Shown here one piece after another: positions 1-10,812 of a stretch of DNA of 64,000 nt. Position numbers and translations under genes: made by a program. Each line of letters begins with the position of its first letter. Within the stretch, counting starts at the first letter, position 1. The stretch comes from an uncultured archaeon (GTDB taxonomy: Archaea; Thermoproteota; Nitrososphaeria; Nitrososphaerales; Gagatemarchaeaceae), in NCBI GenBank assembly GCA_963799775.1, contig CAWCYD010000002.1, positions 323,421 through 387,420 on the forward strand, read 5' to 3'. The notes beneath the pieces are model-generated. The model ran no database searches. It was not told where the DNA came from and worked only from the letters and a program-made list of their open reading frames with translations.

Positions 1-91
1 GTCTGAAGGCAGAAGCTCCGAGGCTAAAGACGATCCGGCTCTCAGAGGAAATTCGAGCCGTCGAGGAGCGACGAGGACATCCTCGGTCATC

Positions 92-1270
92 TTGTTTGGA
101 ACCTCCTTCAAGACGTCCCCGCTGGCTTTCAGGGAGGGGTTGATCTCTCGCCTCGACCGCGATTCTGCGAAGCTGCCCAAGGTGTTGGCTGTCAGGGAGT
201 ATGCCCAACTTGTCACCTGCAACAGGATAGAGATTCTAGTATCGACTCACTCCCTATGGCGCTCCGAGCAGGCCTTCATGCGATGGCTCTCGAAGACGCC
301 CGGGCTGAAGCCAGGTTTCGTCTACAGCCACAAAGGCGTGGACGCGATAGGCCACATCTTCAGGGTCGCGGCAGGTCTCGACTCGATGGTCCTGGGAGAG
401 GAGCAGATCCTGTCGCAGGTGAAAGAAGCGGGGATTGCCGCGCGAACCGCGAAGTCCTCTCGGGGCAGCCTCTCGGCGCTCTTTGACGCATCAGTGGGAG
501 TAGGGAAGAGAGTGCGCGCGGGCCTGAGACAACCAAACGTCTCCGTCAGCTCGATGGCGTTGAGCTTCGCTTTGGGACGGCTGCCCGAAGAACCTCGGAA
601 CGTATTACTCATCGGGACCGGGAAGACGACGAGGTTAGCGGCGAGCCAACTTCGCAACTCAAAGCTCTATTTCGTGACACGGAGAGCTTCTTTCCCGTCC
701 TTCTCCAACGCAGTCCTGGTCACGCAAAGAGACTTGAGGCGAGTCGCCTCGAAATGTGAGCTCATTGTCTCGGCGACCAAACACGACGGATATCTCCTGA
801 AGAAGGGCGATCTTGATTCCAAGGGGCACGTGATACTTGACCTGGCCTTCCCGCGGAACGTCGACCCAGATCTCAACAGTGGTTCGACCCAGGTCTACAA
901 CCTAGACGATCTGGCCAAGGTCTTCGAGTCTAACCCACGGGAAGGTCACGACGCGAGGCTGGCCGAAGAGCTTGTGCGCGAGGAGGCCGAGAGCTTCGCG
1001 CGGTGGCTTCTCGCTAGCCGTCAGTCGTCGATGCTCGGTCAAGTCTACCGGTGGGCCGAGAACGTTCGGAAGGAGGAGGCGGGGGCCGCCCTCAGGCGAC
1101 TGCCGAACCTTTCCGAGAGGCAGAAGATCGTCGTCGAGGCGATGAGTAAGAGATTGGTGAGCAAGCTCCTCTCGCCGCCCACGGCCTTTGCAAAGTCGTC
1201 TAGCCCCGAGCTCCCTCAGGACCAGCGTCTCGACCTGGTAAAACGCATCTTCGACCAGAGGCGAGAGTGA
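92..1270 (+). CDS. hemA: glutamyl-tRNA reductase (frame is open to the window start, so the true start may be upstream)
   Basis: TCNR catalytic motif, GLDSMVLGEEQILSQVK, GTGK NADPH motif, DLAFPRNVDP. Confidence 0.95.
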   Translation: MFGTSFKTSPLAFREGLISRLDRDSAKLPKVLAVREYAQLVTCNRIEILVSTHSLWRSEQAFMRWLSKTPGLKPGFVYSHKGVDAIGHIFRVAAGLDSMVLGEEQILSQVKEAGIAARTAKSSRGSLSALFDASVGVGKRVRAGLRQPNVSVSSMALSFALGRLPEEPRNVLLIGTGKTTRLAASQLRNSKLYFVTRRASFPSFSNAVLVTQRDLRRVASKCELIVSATKHDGYLLKKGDLDSKGHVILDLAFPRNVDPDLNSGSTQVYNLDDLAKVFESNPREGHDARLAEELVREEAESFARWLLASRQSSMLGQVYRWAENVRKEEAGAALRRLPNLSERQKIVVEAMSKRLVSKLLSPPTAFAKSSSPELPQDQRLDLVKRIFDQRRE

Positions 1271-2192
1271 TGGTCCTCCTGACCGTGAGGATCGGCGCGC
1301 GTTCCAGCAAGCTCTCAAAGGCACAGGCTTCCATCGTCTCGGGCCTACTCAAAAAGACCTCGGCGGACGAGCTCGAACTCGAGTTCGTCGCGGTCAGCAC
1401 CCTGGGCGACCGACTTGTCGCGTCCAAGAAAGATCTTGGCAAGGCGGGGGCGAAGGGAGCGTTCACGGGGGACTTGGAGACGATGCTCTTGGAGCGAAAG
1501 ATCGATATCGCGATACACAGCATGAAGGACCTCCCAAGCCAGGAAAGCGATGGGCTGGAGATTGGGGCGACCCCGGCAAGGACGGACCCCAGAGACGTCC
1601 TTGTCACACGGAAGGGCGAAACGATGACGACGCTTCGGAGGAACGCGAAGATCGGAACGAGCAGTCTCCGAAGGAGGGCACAGCTCTTGAGGCTCAGGCA
1701 GGACCTGAAAATCGTAGAACTTCATGGAAACATCGACACCCGTCTCCGAAAGGTCGAAGAGAACGCCGAAGGTCTTGACGGGCTTGTAGTCGCATCAGCT
1801 GGTCTGCACCGACTGGGAGAAGCCGCGAGGATCTCCCAGACCTTCTCCATCGACGAGATGGTGCCCGCCGTGGGTCAGGGGATAATCGCCGTCCAGATGA
1901 GGAAGAGGCACCCGACATTGAGGCTCTTATATCCAAGATCGACGACGAGACCACAAGGCTCGAGTCCCGATGCGAGCGAGCGTTCGCCAAGAGGCTCGGT
2001 GCCGACTGCAATGTTCCCGTTGGAGGTTGCGCCCGGGTCTCGGGAGAGAGGATCGAGATCTTTGGGATGCTCGCGAACGACGACGGGAGCGGGCTGAGGC
2101 GTAAGTCCTCTGCCGGACGCAAGGGCGAGGCTGCCGAGCTTGGGAGGAAACTGGCTGAGGAGCTCCTTGCGGAAAGAGGAGCAGCATCTTGA
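1270..2192 (+). CDS. hemC: porphobilinogen deaminase (frameshift near 1910)
   Basis: GARSSKLS, IHSMKD, GTSSLRR, GNIDTRL; shifted frame continues CERAFAKRLGADCNVPVG to TGA at 2190-2192, overlapping the next TTG. Confidence 0.93.
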
Positions 2193-2981
2193 AAGCGCAG
2201 ATCGAGACGGGCCGAAGGATCTCGAAGGTCGTCATAACGAGATCGAGCAAGGGGAACAGAGATCTTGCCGAGAAGCTACGGTCCCGTGGTTTCGAGCCTG
2301 TCCCTATCGAGACCATAGAATTCCTGCCTCCGAAAGGCTGGTCTCTCGTCGACTCTAGCCTCCGCGCCCTGAGCGAGTTCGACTGGGTGGTCTTCACATC
2401 GGGGACGGGCGTGAGTTTCTTTGCATCAAGGATGGAAAGCCTCTCTATCCCTCTGGCATGGCGAGCCAAGCCATTCGTCGCAGCGATCGGAGAGAAGACC
2501 AGTGAGGAACTTCAAAAGGTCGGAGTGAGGGTCGACTTCGTCCCGTCCAGTTACACCACTAAGACCCTCGCGGACGAGCTTCCTAGGGGCCAGGGAAAGA
2601 GAGTTCTGATATTGCGGGCAGACATAGGCAGTCCTGGATTCGTTCCAAGGCTGGAAAGAAACGGCTTCCAAGTGAACGAAGTGGTGATCTACAGGCACCT
2701 CCACGGTCATCGAGGAGGGAGTCGAGGAGGCGCTTGAAGGTGCGGATGCGATGATTTTGGCGAGTCCTTCAGCGGTTGGCGCGCTAATGAGGAACATCGG
2801 CACGATCGAGAGCAGAGACTCAATCTTGGCGAGGATCCCCGTCTTTTGCATCGGACCGGTGACGGCAGACGCCGCGAAGAAAGAAGGGTTCGAGCACGTC
2901 CTCACCTCGAGGACGCAGACGATAGAAGGAGTCCTGGGGCTGCTAGAGTCCAAGGCCGGGGAGGGTGACAAGGATTGCTAG
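2189..2981 (+). CDS. hemD: uroporphyrinogen-III synthase (frameshift near 2700)
   Basis: VVITR, DWVVFTS, AIGEKT, then ASPSAV...CIGPVTA; position in the heme operon. Confidence 0.9.
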
Positions 2982-3976
2982 AGGAACGCGGGTTCTCGGG
3001 AAGAAGGAACGATGAGAGACTGCGCAGACTCAGGCGGACCGAGACGATTCGGGAGCTGGTCAAGGAGAACCGGGTGCATCCCTCCAGCCTCATGGCTCCG
3101 GTCTTCGTCAGAGACGGAGCACGGATAGTGGAACCGATAGACTCTATGCCTGGTATCTTCCGCTATTCTGTCGACAGAGTATCCGATTACGTTGGCAAGC
3201 TGGCGGAGGAGGGCGTCAGGTCGGTGTTGCTTTTCGGTCTTCCGGACACTAAGGACGAGTCAGCGAGCCAGGCATACGCGAGCGAAGCCGTTGTCCCTCG
3301 GGCGATAAGGGAGCTGAAGAGTCATTTCCAGTCGGTCATCGTCGCGGCAGACGTCTGCCTCTGCGAATACACCTCGAACGGCCACTGCGGGGTGATGGAA
3401 AATGGAAGCGTGAGCAACCGGAAGACCCTACCTTTGCTTTCCAAGGCCGCTCTCGAATACGCCGATGCGGGTGCAGACATCGTCTGCCCCAGCGCGATGA
3501 TGGACGGCCAGGTGATGGCGATACGAGCGGCGCTGGATCAGTCCAGACGCGAGGATTGCCTCGTCATGGGTTATTCCGCAAAGTACGCCTCTTCTTTCTA
3601 CGGGCCTTTCAGGGATGCCGCCAACTCCGCTCCTGCCTTTGGCGACAGGAGAGGCTACCAGATGAATCCAGCGAACGTGAGGGAGGCGATGAGGGAGATC
3701 GATTCGGACATCCGAGAGGGAGCCGACATCGTGATGGTGAAACCCGCGTTGGCATGTCTGGATGTCATAAGCAAGGCGAGGGCAAGGTTCGACATCCCAC
3801 TGGCGGCTTACAGCGTGAGCGGAGAATACGCGATGATAAAGGCGGCGAGCGAGAAAGGCTGGCTGGACGAGAAGAGCGCGGCGATGGAGGTCACGATGGC
3901 GATAAAGAGGGCGGGAGCGGACGTCATAATCTCCTACTTCGCCGAGCAGCTGGCGATCTGGCTGAGAGAGGACTAG
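2975..3976 (+). CDS. hemB: porphobilinogen synthase (Zn type)
   Basis: DVCLCEYTSNGHCG, SAMMDG, SFYGPFRDA, MVKPA, YSVSGEY. Confidence 0.97.
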   Translation: MLEERGFSGRRNDERLRRLRRTETIRELVKENRVHPSSLMAPVFVRDGARIVEPIDSMPGIFRYSVDRVSDYVGKLAEEGVRSVLLFGLPDTKDESASQAYASEAVVPRAIRELKSHFQSVIVAADVCLCEYTSNGHCGVMENGSVSNRKTLPLLSKAALEYADAGADIVCPSAMMDGQVMAIRAALDQSRREDCLVMGYSAKYASSFYGPFRDAANSAPAFGDRRGYQMNPANVREAMREIDSDIREGADIVMVKPALACLDVISKARARFDIPLAAYSVSGEYAMIKAASEKGWLDEKSAAMEVTMAIKRAGADVIISYFAEQLAIWLRED

Positions 3977-3991
3977 CGAGGAGACAGAGAG

Positions 3992-4721
3992 ATGGAAGAG
4001 CACGCGACCGTCAGAACCGAGGAGACTAAAGGGGAGACGCGGTTCCTAAAGTACACTTTCTTCAAGGTAGCAAGGGATTGGCGACTCCTCGCGGAAGGGG
4101 AGAAAAAGTCAGCACGGGAGGAGCTGGTCTCTCTTCTCGGCAAGCACGAATCGACGATGAAGCTCCAGCTCTTCTCTCTCGTGGGGATCCGCGGAGACAC
4201 GGATTTCCTCATCCTGGCCGAGTCGAATGGACCTCGACCTGTTCCAGGAGCTCGTCTCGGGCATCCTCGCGACCCGGATAGGAGGTTACCTGGACGTCCC
4301 ATACTCGTACCTGGCGATGACCAGGCGCTCGCACTATCTTGGGTCGCACAAACACCCCGGACAGGAAGGGGCCCGAATAGAAGTGAACGAGACTAGCAAG
4401 TCCAGGTACATCTTCGTCTATCCATTCATCAAGAAGCGCACCTGGTACGCATTGCCCTTCTCAGAGCGCCAGAGGATGATGGCAGAGCACTTCAAGGTCG
4501 GCCACAAGTATCCCATGGTCAAGATCAACACTGGATACTCGTTCGGGATCGACGACCAGGAGTTCGTGCTGGCGTTCGAGGCCGACGACCCAGCGGACTT
4601 TTTTCGGCCCTCGTCGAGGAGCTCATGGACCTCGGAGGCGAGCATGTACACGGAGCTGGAGACGCCCATCTTCACTTGCGCGAGGACCGATGCCGCGCGG
4701 CTCCTCGAGCTCCTCGGCTGA
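3992..4721 (+). CDS. chdC: coproheme decarboxylase, Cld/ChdC family (frameshifts near 4228 and 4600)
   Basis: YPFIKK (Tyr/Lys), WY...RQRMMAEH proximal His, YSFGIDDQEF; distal position is Ile rather than the Arg of chlorite dismutases; lies inside the heme operon. Confidence 0.82.
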
Positions 4722-4750
4722 AATAACCAGACTGGCATCGGGGTTAGAAC

Positions 4751-6055
4751 TTGGCGAAAAAGTCCTCCGGTTCTCATCCACGTTCGGACGCTCTTTTCAC
4801 CCGCGCGGAGAAGGTGATGGTCGGCGGAGTCAGCAGTCCTGTCAGGGCGTTCAAGGCGGTCGGGGGCACGCCGATCTTCATCTCTCGCGGGAGAGGCTCG
4901 CACGTCCTCGACGTAGACGAGAACTCATACATCGACTACGTCTGCTCTTGGGGGCCCCTCGTCCTCGGGCATTCCCATCCGAAGGTCGTGAAGGCGGTGA
5001 CGGACCAGCTTAAGAGAGGTACGAGCTTCGGAGCACCCACAGAGGCGGAACTGAAGCTGGCCGAGAAGATCTGCACCTCCGTAGAGAGCATCGAGAGAGT
5101 CAGGTTCGTGAACTCCGGGACCGAGGCCACGATGTCCGCGGTCAGGCTGGCCAGGGGATATACAAAGCGCGACAAGATCCTGAAGTTCGACGGTTGTTAC
5201 CACGGTCACGCCGACCCGTTCCTGACGGTCGGAGGCTCAGGGCTGGCTACTTTCGACGTGCCATTCTCCGCCGGAGTCACGAAATCGACGGCCGCAGACA
5301 CGATGAGCATCCCCTACAACGACCTTCCTTCACTCGAGTCCGCTTTCAGGTCCCACGGCTCCGAGATCGCCGCCGTCATCGTCGAGCCGGTAGCAGGCAA
5401 CATGTCCGTCGTCCCACCCGAGACGGGCTTCCTCGACGCGCTCAGGCGTCTGTGCACGGACGCCGGGTCGCTCCTGATATTCGACGAGGTCATCACAGGA
5501 TTCCGCCTCTCGCCGGGAGGAGCGCAGAAAGTATTCGGCGTGAGACCCGACATCACATGCCTCGGCAAGATAATCGGGGGCGGCTTCCCCGTGGGGGCAT
5601 ACGGCGGACGCAAGGAGATCATGCGCATGGTCTCTCCCGAAGGGCCGGTGTACCAGGCCGGCACGCTCTCTGGCAACCCCGTCGCGATGGCCGCGGGGCT
5701 CGCGACCGTCTCCCTCCTCGACGAAGCGGCCTATTCGAGGCTGGAGAGAAGCTCGGCGAGGCTCGAGCAGGGGCTGAGGGAAGCGGCAGCCAAGGCAGGC
5801 GTCGCGGTCACTACGAACAGGGTCGGCTCGATGGTAGGCCTATTCCTCGCAGACGTCCAAGCTAGAGACTTTGAGAGCGCAAAGGCGACCGACAGGCGAC
5901 GTTACGCCAAGTTCCATCGCTCCATGCTATCCGGAGGAGTATATCTCCCGCCATCCGCACTCGAGACCATCTTCGTATCCACGGCTCACTCTGCGGCAGA
6001 CCTGTCTGCGACCTTGGCCGCGGCACGATTAGCCTTCAAGGAGTGCGCCGCTTGA
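4751..6055 (+). CDS. hemL: glutamate-1-semialdehyde 2,1-aminomutase
   Basis: GGVSSPVRAF, VNSGTEA, GCYHGH, FDEVITGFR, LGKIIGGG, AGTLSGNP. Confidence 0.97.
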   Translation: MAKKSSGSHPRSDALFTRAEKVMVGGVSSPVRAFKAVGGTPIFISRGRGSHVLDVDENSYIDYVCSWGPLVLGHSHPKVVKAVTDQLKRGTSFGAPTEAELKLAEKICTSVESIERVRFVNSGTEATMSAVRLARGYTKRDKILKFDGCYHGHADPFLTVGGSGLATFDVPFSAGVTKSTAADTMSIPYNDLPSLESAFRSHGSEIAAVIVEPVAGNMSVVPPETGFLDALRRLCTDAGSLLIFDEVITGFRLSPGGAQKVFGVRPDITCLGKIIGGGFPVGAYGGRKEIMRMVSPEGPVYQAGTLSGNPVAMAAGLATVSLLDEAAYSRLERSSARLEQGLREAAAKAGVAVTTNRVGSMVGLFLADVQARDFESAKATDRRRYAKFHRSMLSGGVYLPPSALETIFVSTAHSAADLSATLAAARLAFKECAA

Positions 6056-7083
6056 ACTCAAGCTTCATCGATGCCTGCAACAGGAGAGAGACCTCCCACA
6101 CGCCTGTCTGGTTCATGAGGCAGGCTGGAAGATATCTCCCGAGCTACAGGGCTGTCAAAGGCGCGAGGTCGGTCACAGAGATCGCGAAGGGCCCTGCCCT
6201 AGCATCCCAGGTGGTCATCGACGCGATCGACGCCTTAGGGGTCGACGCGGGAATAATCTTCGCCGACATCATGCTCCCCCTAGAGGGCATCGGGGTACGA
6301 TTCAAGATCGAAGAGAATGTCGGTCCGGTCGTGTCGAACCCGATTCGCACCCTCGACGACGTCAACTCATTGAGGAAGCTTGATGCCGAGTCGGATGTCG
6401 GCTACGTGTTCGATGGTATCGACGCCACGCTTCAGAAGCTCGACGACAGAGTCCCGCTGATCGGGTTCTCTGGGGCGCCCTTCACGCTCGCGGGCTACAT
6501 GATCGAAGGCAGGCCCAGCCGGAACCTCGAACTGACCAAGCAGATGATGTATCGCGACCCCGAGACATGGCACCTGCTCATGAGCGCTTTGACGAAGATG
6601 GTCAAGGACTACCTGGCGCACCAGGTCTCTCATGGCGTCGACGCCGTCCAGATTTTTGACAGCTGGGTGGGCTGTCTCTCTCCTTCAGACTACGAAAGAT
6701 ATGTCGCCAAGTACACCACAGAGGTCATGGTCGCCTTGAAAGGCCGCGTCCCCCGAATACACTTCTGCGCCAACTCCTCCTCGCTTCTAAAGTCGTTCTT
6801 GGATACCGGCGCGGACGTCTTGAGCATCGACTGGCGGATGCCGATTGGTGACGCGTGGCGCGCGTCGAAGGGACGGGTCGCGGTCCAAGGAAACTTGGAT
6901 CCGGTTCTTGCTCTCGCAGGAGGGGGCGCAATGAGGCGCGAGGTACGGGAGATACTTGATGAGTCCAAAGGGCACGAGGGACATATCTTCAGCCTTGGGC
7001 ACGGTGTCCTAAAGGAGACGGAGCCCGAGAACCTTCGCGAGATCGTCGCCTCGGTCCACCGGGCCACCAAGAGGAGACGCTAG
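6052..7083 (+). CDS. hemE: uroporphyrinogen decarboxylase
   Basis: PVWFMRQAGRYLP, LIGFSGAPFTLA, QIFDSW, QGNLDP, LGHG. Confidence 0.97.
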   Translation: MNSSFIDACNRRETSHTPVWFMRQAGRYLPSYRAVKGARSVTEIAKGPALASQVVIDAIDALGVDAGIIFADIMLPLEGIGVRFKIEENVGPVVSNPIRTLDDVNSLRKLDAESDVGYVFDGIDATLQKLDDRVPLIGFSGAPFTLAGYMIEGRPSRNLELTKQMMYRDPETWHLLMSALTKMVKDYLAHQVSHGVDAVQIFDSWVGCLSPSDYERYVAKYTTEVMVALKGRVPRIHFCANSSSLLKSFLDTGADVLSIDWRMPIGDAWRASKGRVAVQGNLDPVLALAGGGAMRREVREILDESKGHEGHIFSLGHGVLKETEPENLREIVASVHRATKRRR

Positions 7084-7086
7084 CAC

Positions 7087-8046
7087 CTGAAGGTCTGCGT
7101 CGTTCTGATGACCTACGGGTCGCCTGCTACCTTAGATGACATCCCCGCCTATCTTCGCAACATCAGGGGAGGACGAGAACCCGATGAGGCCCTGATAGCC
7201 GAGTTCAGACGCCGCTATACGCTGATCGGCGGTTCTCCTTTGCTCAATATCACAAGAGGACAAGCGGCCGCCCTGGATGCCCATCTCAACGCTCTCGCAG
7301 ACGGGAACTCATACAGAGTCGTCCCGGGGATGCGCTTCTCCCCTCCCCTGATCACAGATGCCGTGAAAGAAGCTGCACCTGAGTCTGGGCTCGTCGTGGG
7401 CCTCATCATGTCGCCGCAGTACTCGCCCATCATAATGGGGGGATATGTGCGCACATTGGAGGAGGCGGTCGCTGGCGTCCAGCATGCCGGACTCTCAGTA
7501 AAGGTAGCCGAGGATTGGCATCTTCAGCCTCTCTTCCTGGAGGCACTCGCGCAGAAGGTGACAGAGGCGCTCGACAAGCTGCCCCTCAACGTCAGAGATG
7601 AGGCCCCGGTCCTCTTGACTGCGCACAGCATGCCGAGACGGGTCGTGGAAGGTGAGCCCGACTACATCAAACAGCTCGAGGAGACAGCCGCAGCCGTGGC
7701 CGAGCTCGCGGGCCTCCCCGAAGGTCGCTGGATGTTCTGCTACCAGAGTGCCGGCCACACTCCTGAAGAATGGTTGAGACCCGATTTTGCCGATGTCATG
7801 CCGCGCCTCAAAGAAGGCGGTTTCACCCACGTCGTGGTCGCTCCAGTCCAATTTCTTGCTGACCACCTGGAGGTGCTCTACGACATCGACATCGGGGCGA
7901 GAGAACAGGCAGAGAAGCAAGGCATCAGTTTTTCCAGGATCGAGTCGTTGAACACGTCTCCCATGTTCATCAGCGCGCTCGCTGCCGTCGTGAAGGACGC
8001 CATCGAGAGGCCCGGCCGACCCGTCGGTCTTTCTGTCCATCTTTAA
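7087..8046 (+). CDS. hemH: ferrochelatase, Firmicute-like coproporphyrin ferrochelatase (CpfC) type; CTG start inferred (ATG at 7108)
   Basis: MTYGSP, IGGSPL, TAHSMP, YQSAGHTPEEWLRPD, ADHLEVLYDID. Confidence 0.93.
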   Translation: MKVCVVLMTYGSPATLDDIPAYLRNIRGGREPDEALIAEFRRRYTLIGGSPLLNITRGQAAALDAHLNALADGNSYRVVPGMRFSPPLITDAVKEAAPESGLVVGLIMSPQYSPIIMGGYVRTLEEAVAGVQHAGLSVKVAEDWHLQPLFLEALAQKVTEALDKLPLNVRDEAPVLLTAHSMPRRVVEGEPDYIKQLEETAAAVAELAGLPEGRWMFCYQSAGHTPEEWLRPDFADVMPRLKEGGFTHVVVAPVQFLADHLEVLYDIDIGAREQAEKQGISFSRIESLNTSPMFISALAAVVKDAIERPGRPVGLSVHL

Positions 8047-8074
8047 TACGAGTCACCGCCCCGCATATTTCTCC

Positions 8075-8581
8075 ATGGAGATCCTTGAAGGAGCGGCACT
8101 CTACAGGATTCTCCTCGAGCGCTACTCGAAGAACCCGAGCGGGTGGAGTTTCACGATCTCGCCTTCCGCCCGAAACGGCTTCTTCGATGCCCGCGTGGGG
8201 AGCCCCGAGGAGTCCTGGCATCTCAAGCTCGACACCATCTTCAAGCCGTCTCCGTTCGTCCTCGGTGCGAAGACAGACCAGGGCCCCGCGAACCGTCCTC
8301 CTCCGCCAATCTCATTCGGCTTCCGACGGGTCGACCCCAATGAGGCGCCTCGCCTCCTTGAGGACTCTCCCGAAGGTTTCGGCAGGTTGCTTGCGTACCT
8401 GAGCACGGTGAACACCGTAGCTCCGGCAGCTCCTGGCAGCTATCTCCAGGGACCTTACGTCTACAGCAGTCGCGCTCAGACCGCGGGCTCGTCGATGACG
8501 AGGGAGCAGCAGAGGGTCGACACCAGGCTCTCAGACGAGATGCTGAAGCTCATCCGAAGAAGATACCCGAGCTACCTCTAG
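8075..8581 (+). CDS. hypothetical protein
   Basis: 168-aa ORF with host-like codon usage; TATA-like TTTAATA at about 8042. Confidence 0.7.
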   Translation: MEILEGAALYRILLERYSKNPSGWSFTISPSARNGFFDARVGSPEESWHLKLDTIFKPSPFVLGAKTDQGPANRPPPPISFGFRRVDPNEAPRLLEDSPEGFGRLLAYLSTVNTVAPAAPGSYLQGPYVYSSRAQTAGSSMTREQQRVDTRLSDEMLKLIRRRYPSYL

Positions 8582-8698
8582 AGCGAAAAAACTAGCGCTT
8601 GTGGGGCCGCTTGAGCCCGCTCATCATCAGGTTCTCCGGACGCCGAGCGTGCGATGAATCAGGGATGGGACCGGCGGACTAGGTGCTTTACGCTGGAC

Positions 8699-9241
8699 TC
8701 AAAGCTTGCGCCGTCTTTGGAGCTCTTGGATGACCATCGACGCACTGGCATCAGGGCTGCCCTTCTCAGTCTCCACCACGATGTCGGCGTCGGTCGGCTC
8801 CTCGTATGGATCCTGTATCCCTGTCATGTTGGTAATCTCTCCCTTCCTCGCCTTGGCATACAGGCCCTTCGGGTCACTCATCTCGCAGACCGCAAGGGAG
8901 GCCTTGACGTAGACCTCCACGAACCTCCCCGTCCCGATCACTTGCCTCGCGCTCTCCCGAGACGTGCGATAGGGAGAGATGAGTGCGACTATCGCTATCA
9001 CCCCGTTCCTAGCGAGCAGCTTCGACACGAAAGATACCCTCCAGGCGTGCTCCTCCCTATCCTCCCTCGAGAGCCCCAGGTCGCGCGAGAGGCCCTTCCG
9101 CACCTCGTCCCCGTCGAGGATCTCCACGCGTCGTCCCTGGGATTCAAGCTTTGCCTTCAGGACGTTCGAGAGCGTCGACTTGCCCGAACCCGGCAACCCG
9201 GTCATCCAGAGTACGAAGCCTTCGTTGGTCATGCTATTCAT
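8699..9241 (-). CDS. cysC: adenylyl-sulfate (APS) kinase
   Basis: WMTGLPGSGKST P-loop, LDGDEVR, LISPY, DPKGLY, TGIQDPYEEP. Confidence 0.97.
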   Translation of the reverse strand: MNSMTNEGFVLWMTGLPGSGKSTLSNVLKAKLESQGRRVEILDGDEVRKGLSRDLGLSREDREEHAWRVSFVSKLLARNGVIAIVALISPYRTSRESARQVIGTGRFVEVYVKASLAVCEMSDPKGLYAKARKGEITNMTGIQDPYEEPTDADIVVETEKGSPDASASMVIQELQRRRKL

Positions 9242-10652
9242 CTTGCCTGGCCGTTCAGAGCGGCCGTTATCATCTTCCCCCCGAAACCGGCGCTCTTGGG
9301 TTCAATACCAAGCATCGAGAGGATCGTCGGCGCCATCTCCTCTGCCCTGGCACCTCTCACTTCCTGGCCTTTGAGGTTCATTTCCTGGGACACTCATCAA
9401 GAATACGCCGTCCATCGAGTGCACAGAGTCATCGGGTCCGGTGTCATTCTCGAACAGGTAGAGGCTCTCGTGCCCGACGGTCCCGGCAGACCTCCAGTCC
9501 AACTCGTCGAAATAGACCATGAGGTCCGGCTTGTCTCCGATGGCCGTTCCATACAGCTTGCCCGGCTCCATGATGGAGTTCTTCATCACCCTCCCCGTGT
9601 GATCCTTTATCTTCGAGATCTTTTCTGTGAGCTTCTTCTTCTCGCCCTCTACCTGCGAGGGGTCGATGATCCCTTGGGCCTCTCTCCCCTTGACATTGAA
9701 GAAGATCCTAGCATAATATCCGCCCCATCCCCAGGCCTTGGTCTTCGCCCAGTCTATCTCGGTCTTGTCTATCTCTGTGGGGCCAACCGGCTTTTTCTCG
9801 AAGACCAGATACCCTTGCTGCTCCAGCCACTGGTTGACGCAGAAGCCTCCCTGCATGGCTTTGGACCCGTGGTCGGATACGACGAACGTCGTGCACTCCT
9901 CCCCGAAGAGTGGGATCAGCTTGCCTACCCGCCTGTCCACCATCGAGTAGTACTCGAGGTCGATCCCTTCGTATGGGTTTCCCTTCACGTACTTTGGATG
10001 TCTCGGGTCGAAGAACTTCCAAAATGCGTGGTGGAGCCTGTCGAAGCCGATCTCGTGCATGATGTAAAAGTCCCACGGCTTGCTCTTTGCGAGGTGCTCG
10101 GCGACGTCGAACCTCTTCTCCGTCATCTCGAAGAGCTCCTTCTTGACGTCGGCTCTGTTCTCCGTCCTGAAGGTGACGTCGAAGATGTATTCTCCGCCCG
10201 CGGCCTTGATGACCTCGTCCCTCATCTCTGCGGGATTCGTGAACTGCCTCTCGACCGAAGGCGTAAGGAAGCACGAGACCGTGGCCGCGTTCTCGACATT
10301 CTTCACGGGATACCCCGGCGGGACGCCCAGGACGACCGACTTCCTTCCTCTATCAGAGATGAACCTCCCAGACCGTCTTCGCCGCGACGTTGGCCGAGGT
10401 GACGATGTAGCCATCGCTGTATGAGTATCCCCTGCGATGCTTGAAGCCGTAGATCCCGAGCTCACCAGGGTTCTTGCCGGTCAACATCACCATCCACGCG
10501 GGCACGGTGATGGGCGGGTCGCATGTGCGCAGCCTGCCATGCAGCCCTTCCTCGTAGATCCTCTTGAAGTTCGGGAGCTTATCGAGGAGCTTGTCGAACA
10601 GGATCTCAGGTGGGACCGAATCGAGGCCCAAGACTGCGACTTTTCTCGGCAT
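9238..10652 (-). CDS. alkaline-phosphatase-superfamily (nucleotide pyrophosphatase/phosphodiesterase-type) enzyme; frameshifts near 10400 and 9380
   Basis: LGLDS, PPITVPAW (Thr nucleophile), FDRLHH, VSDHG, DDSVH; corrected stop overlaps the cysC ATG (ATGA). Confidence 0.88.
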
Positions 10653-10812
10653 GAAAAAACGCTCCGTCTATCTTCCCAGGATCGCTGGCGAAGAAACTCG
10701 GCGACTGTCCACGTGCAAGGCTCGAATCTCGAGCCTTCGTTTACGATATTTATCCCTTATTCATTTATTATTAGCTCGAAGTTGGAATTATTACTGAGAT
10801 TCATTTCTGAGT

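Noticed and set aside
3992-4721. Chlorite dismutase / perchlorate respiration
   Set aside because: Catalytic distal Arg absent; heme operon context favours ChdC
8075-8581. ORF after hemH as the missing coproporphyrinogen oxidase
   Set aside because: No flavin or Fe-S motif and it appears to have its own promoter; only adjacency supports it
8585-8698. C/D-box sRNA (TGATGA and CTGA on the minus strand)
   Set aside because: Boxes are in the wrong order and no terminal D box is present
8654-10402. 582-aa + strand ORF and similar long antisense ORFs
   Set aside because: Shadow frames of well-supported minus-strand genes in GC-rich DNA; no motifs
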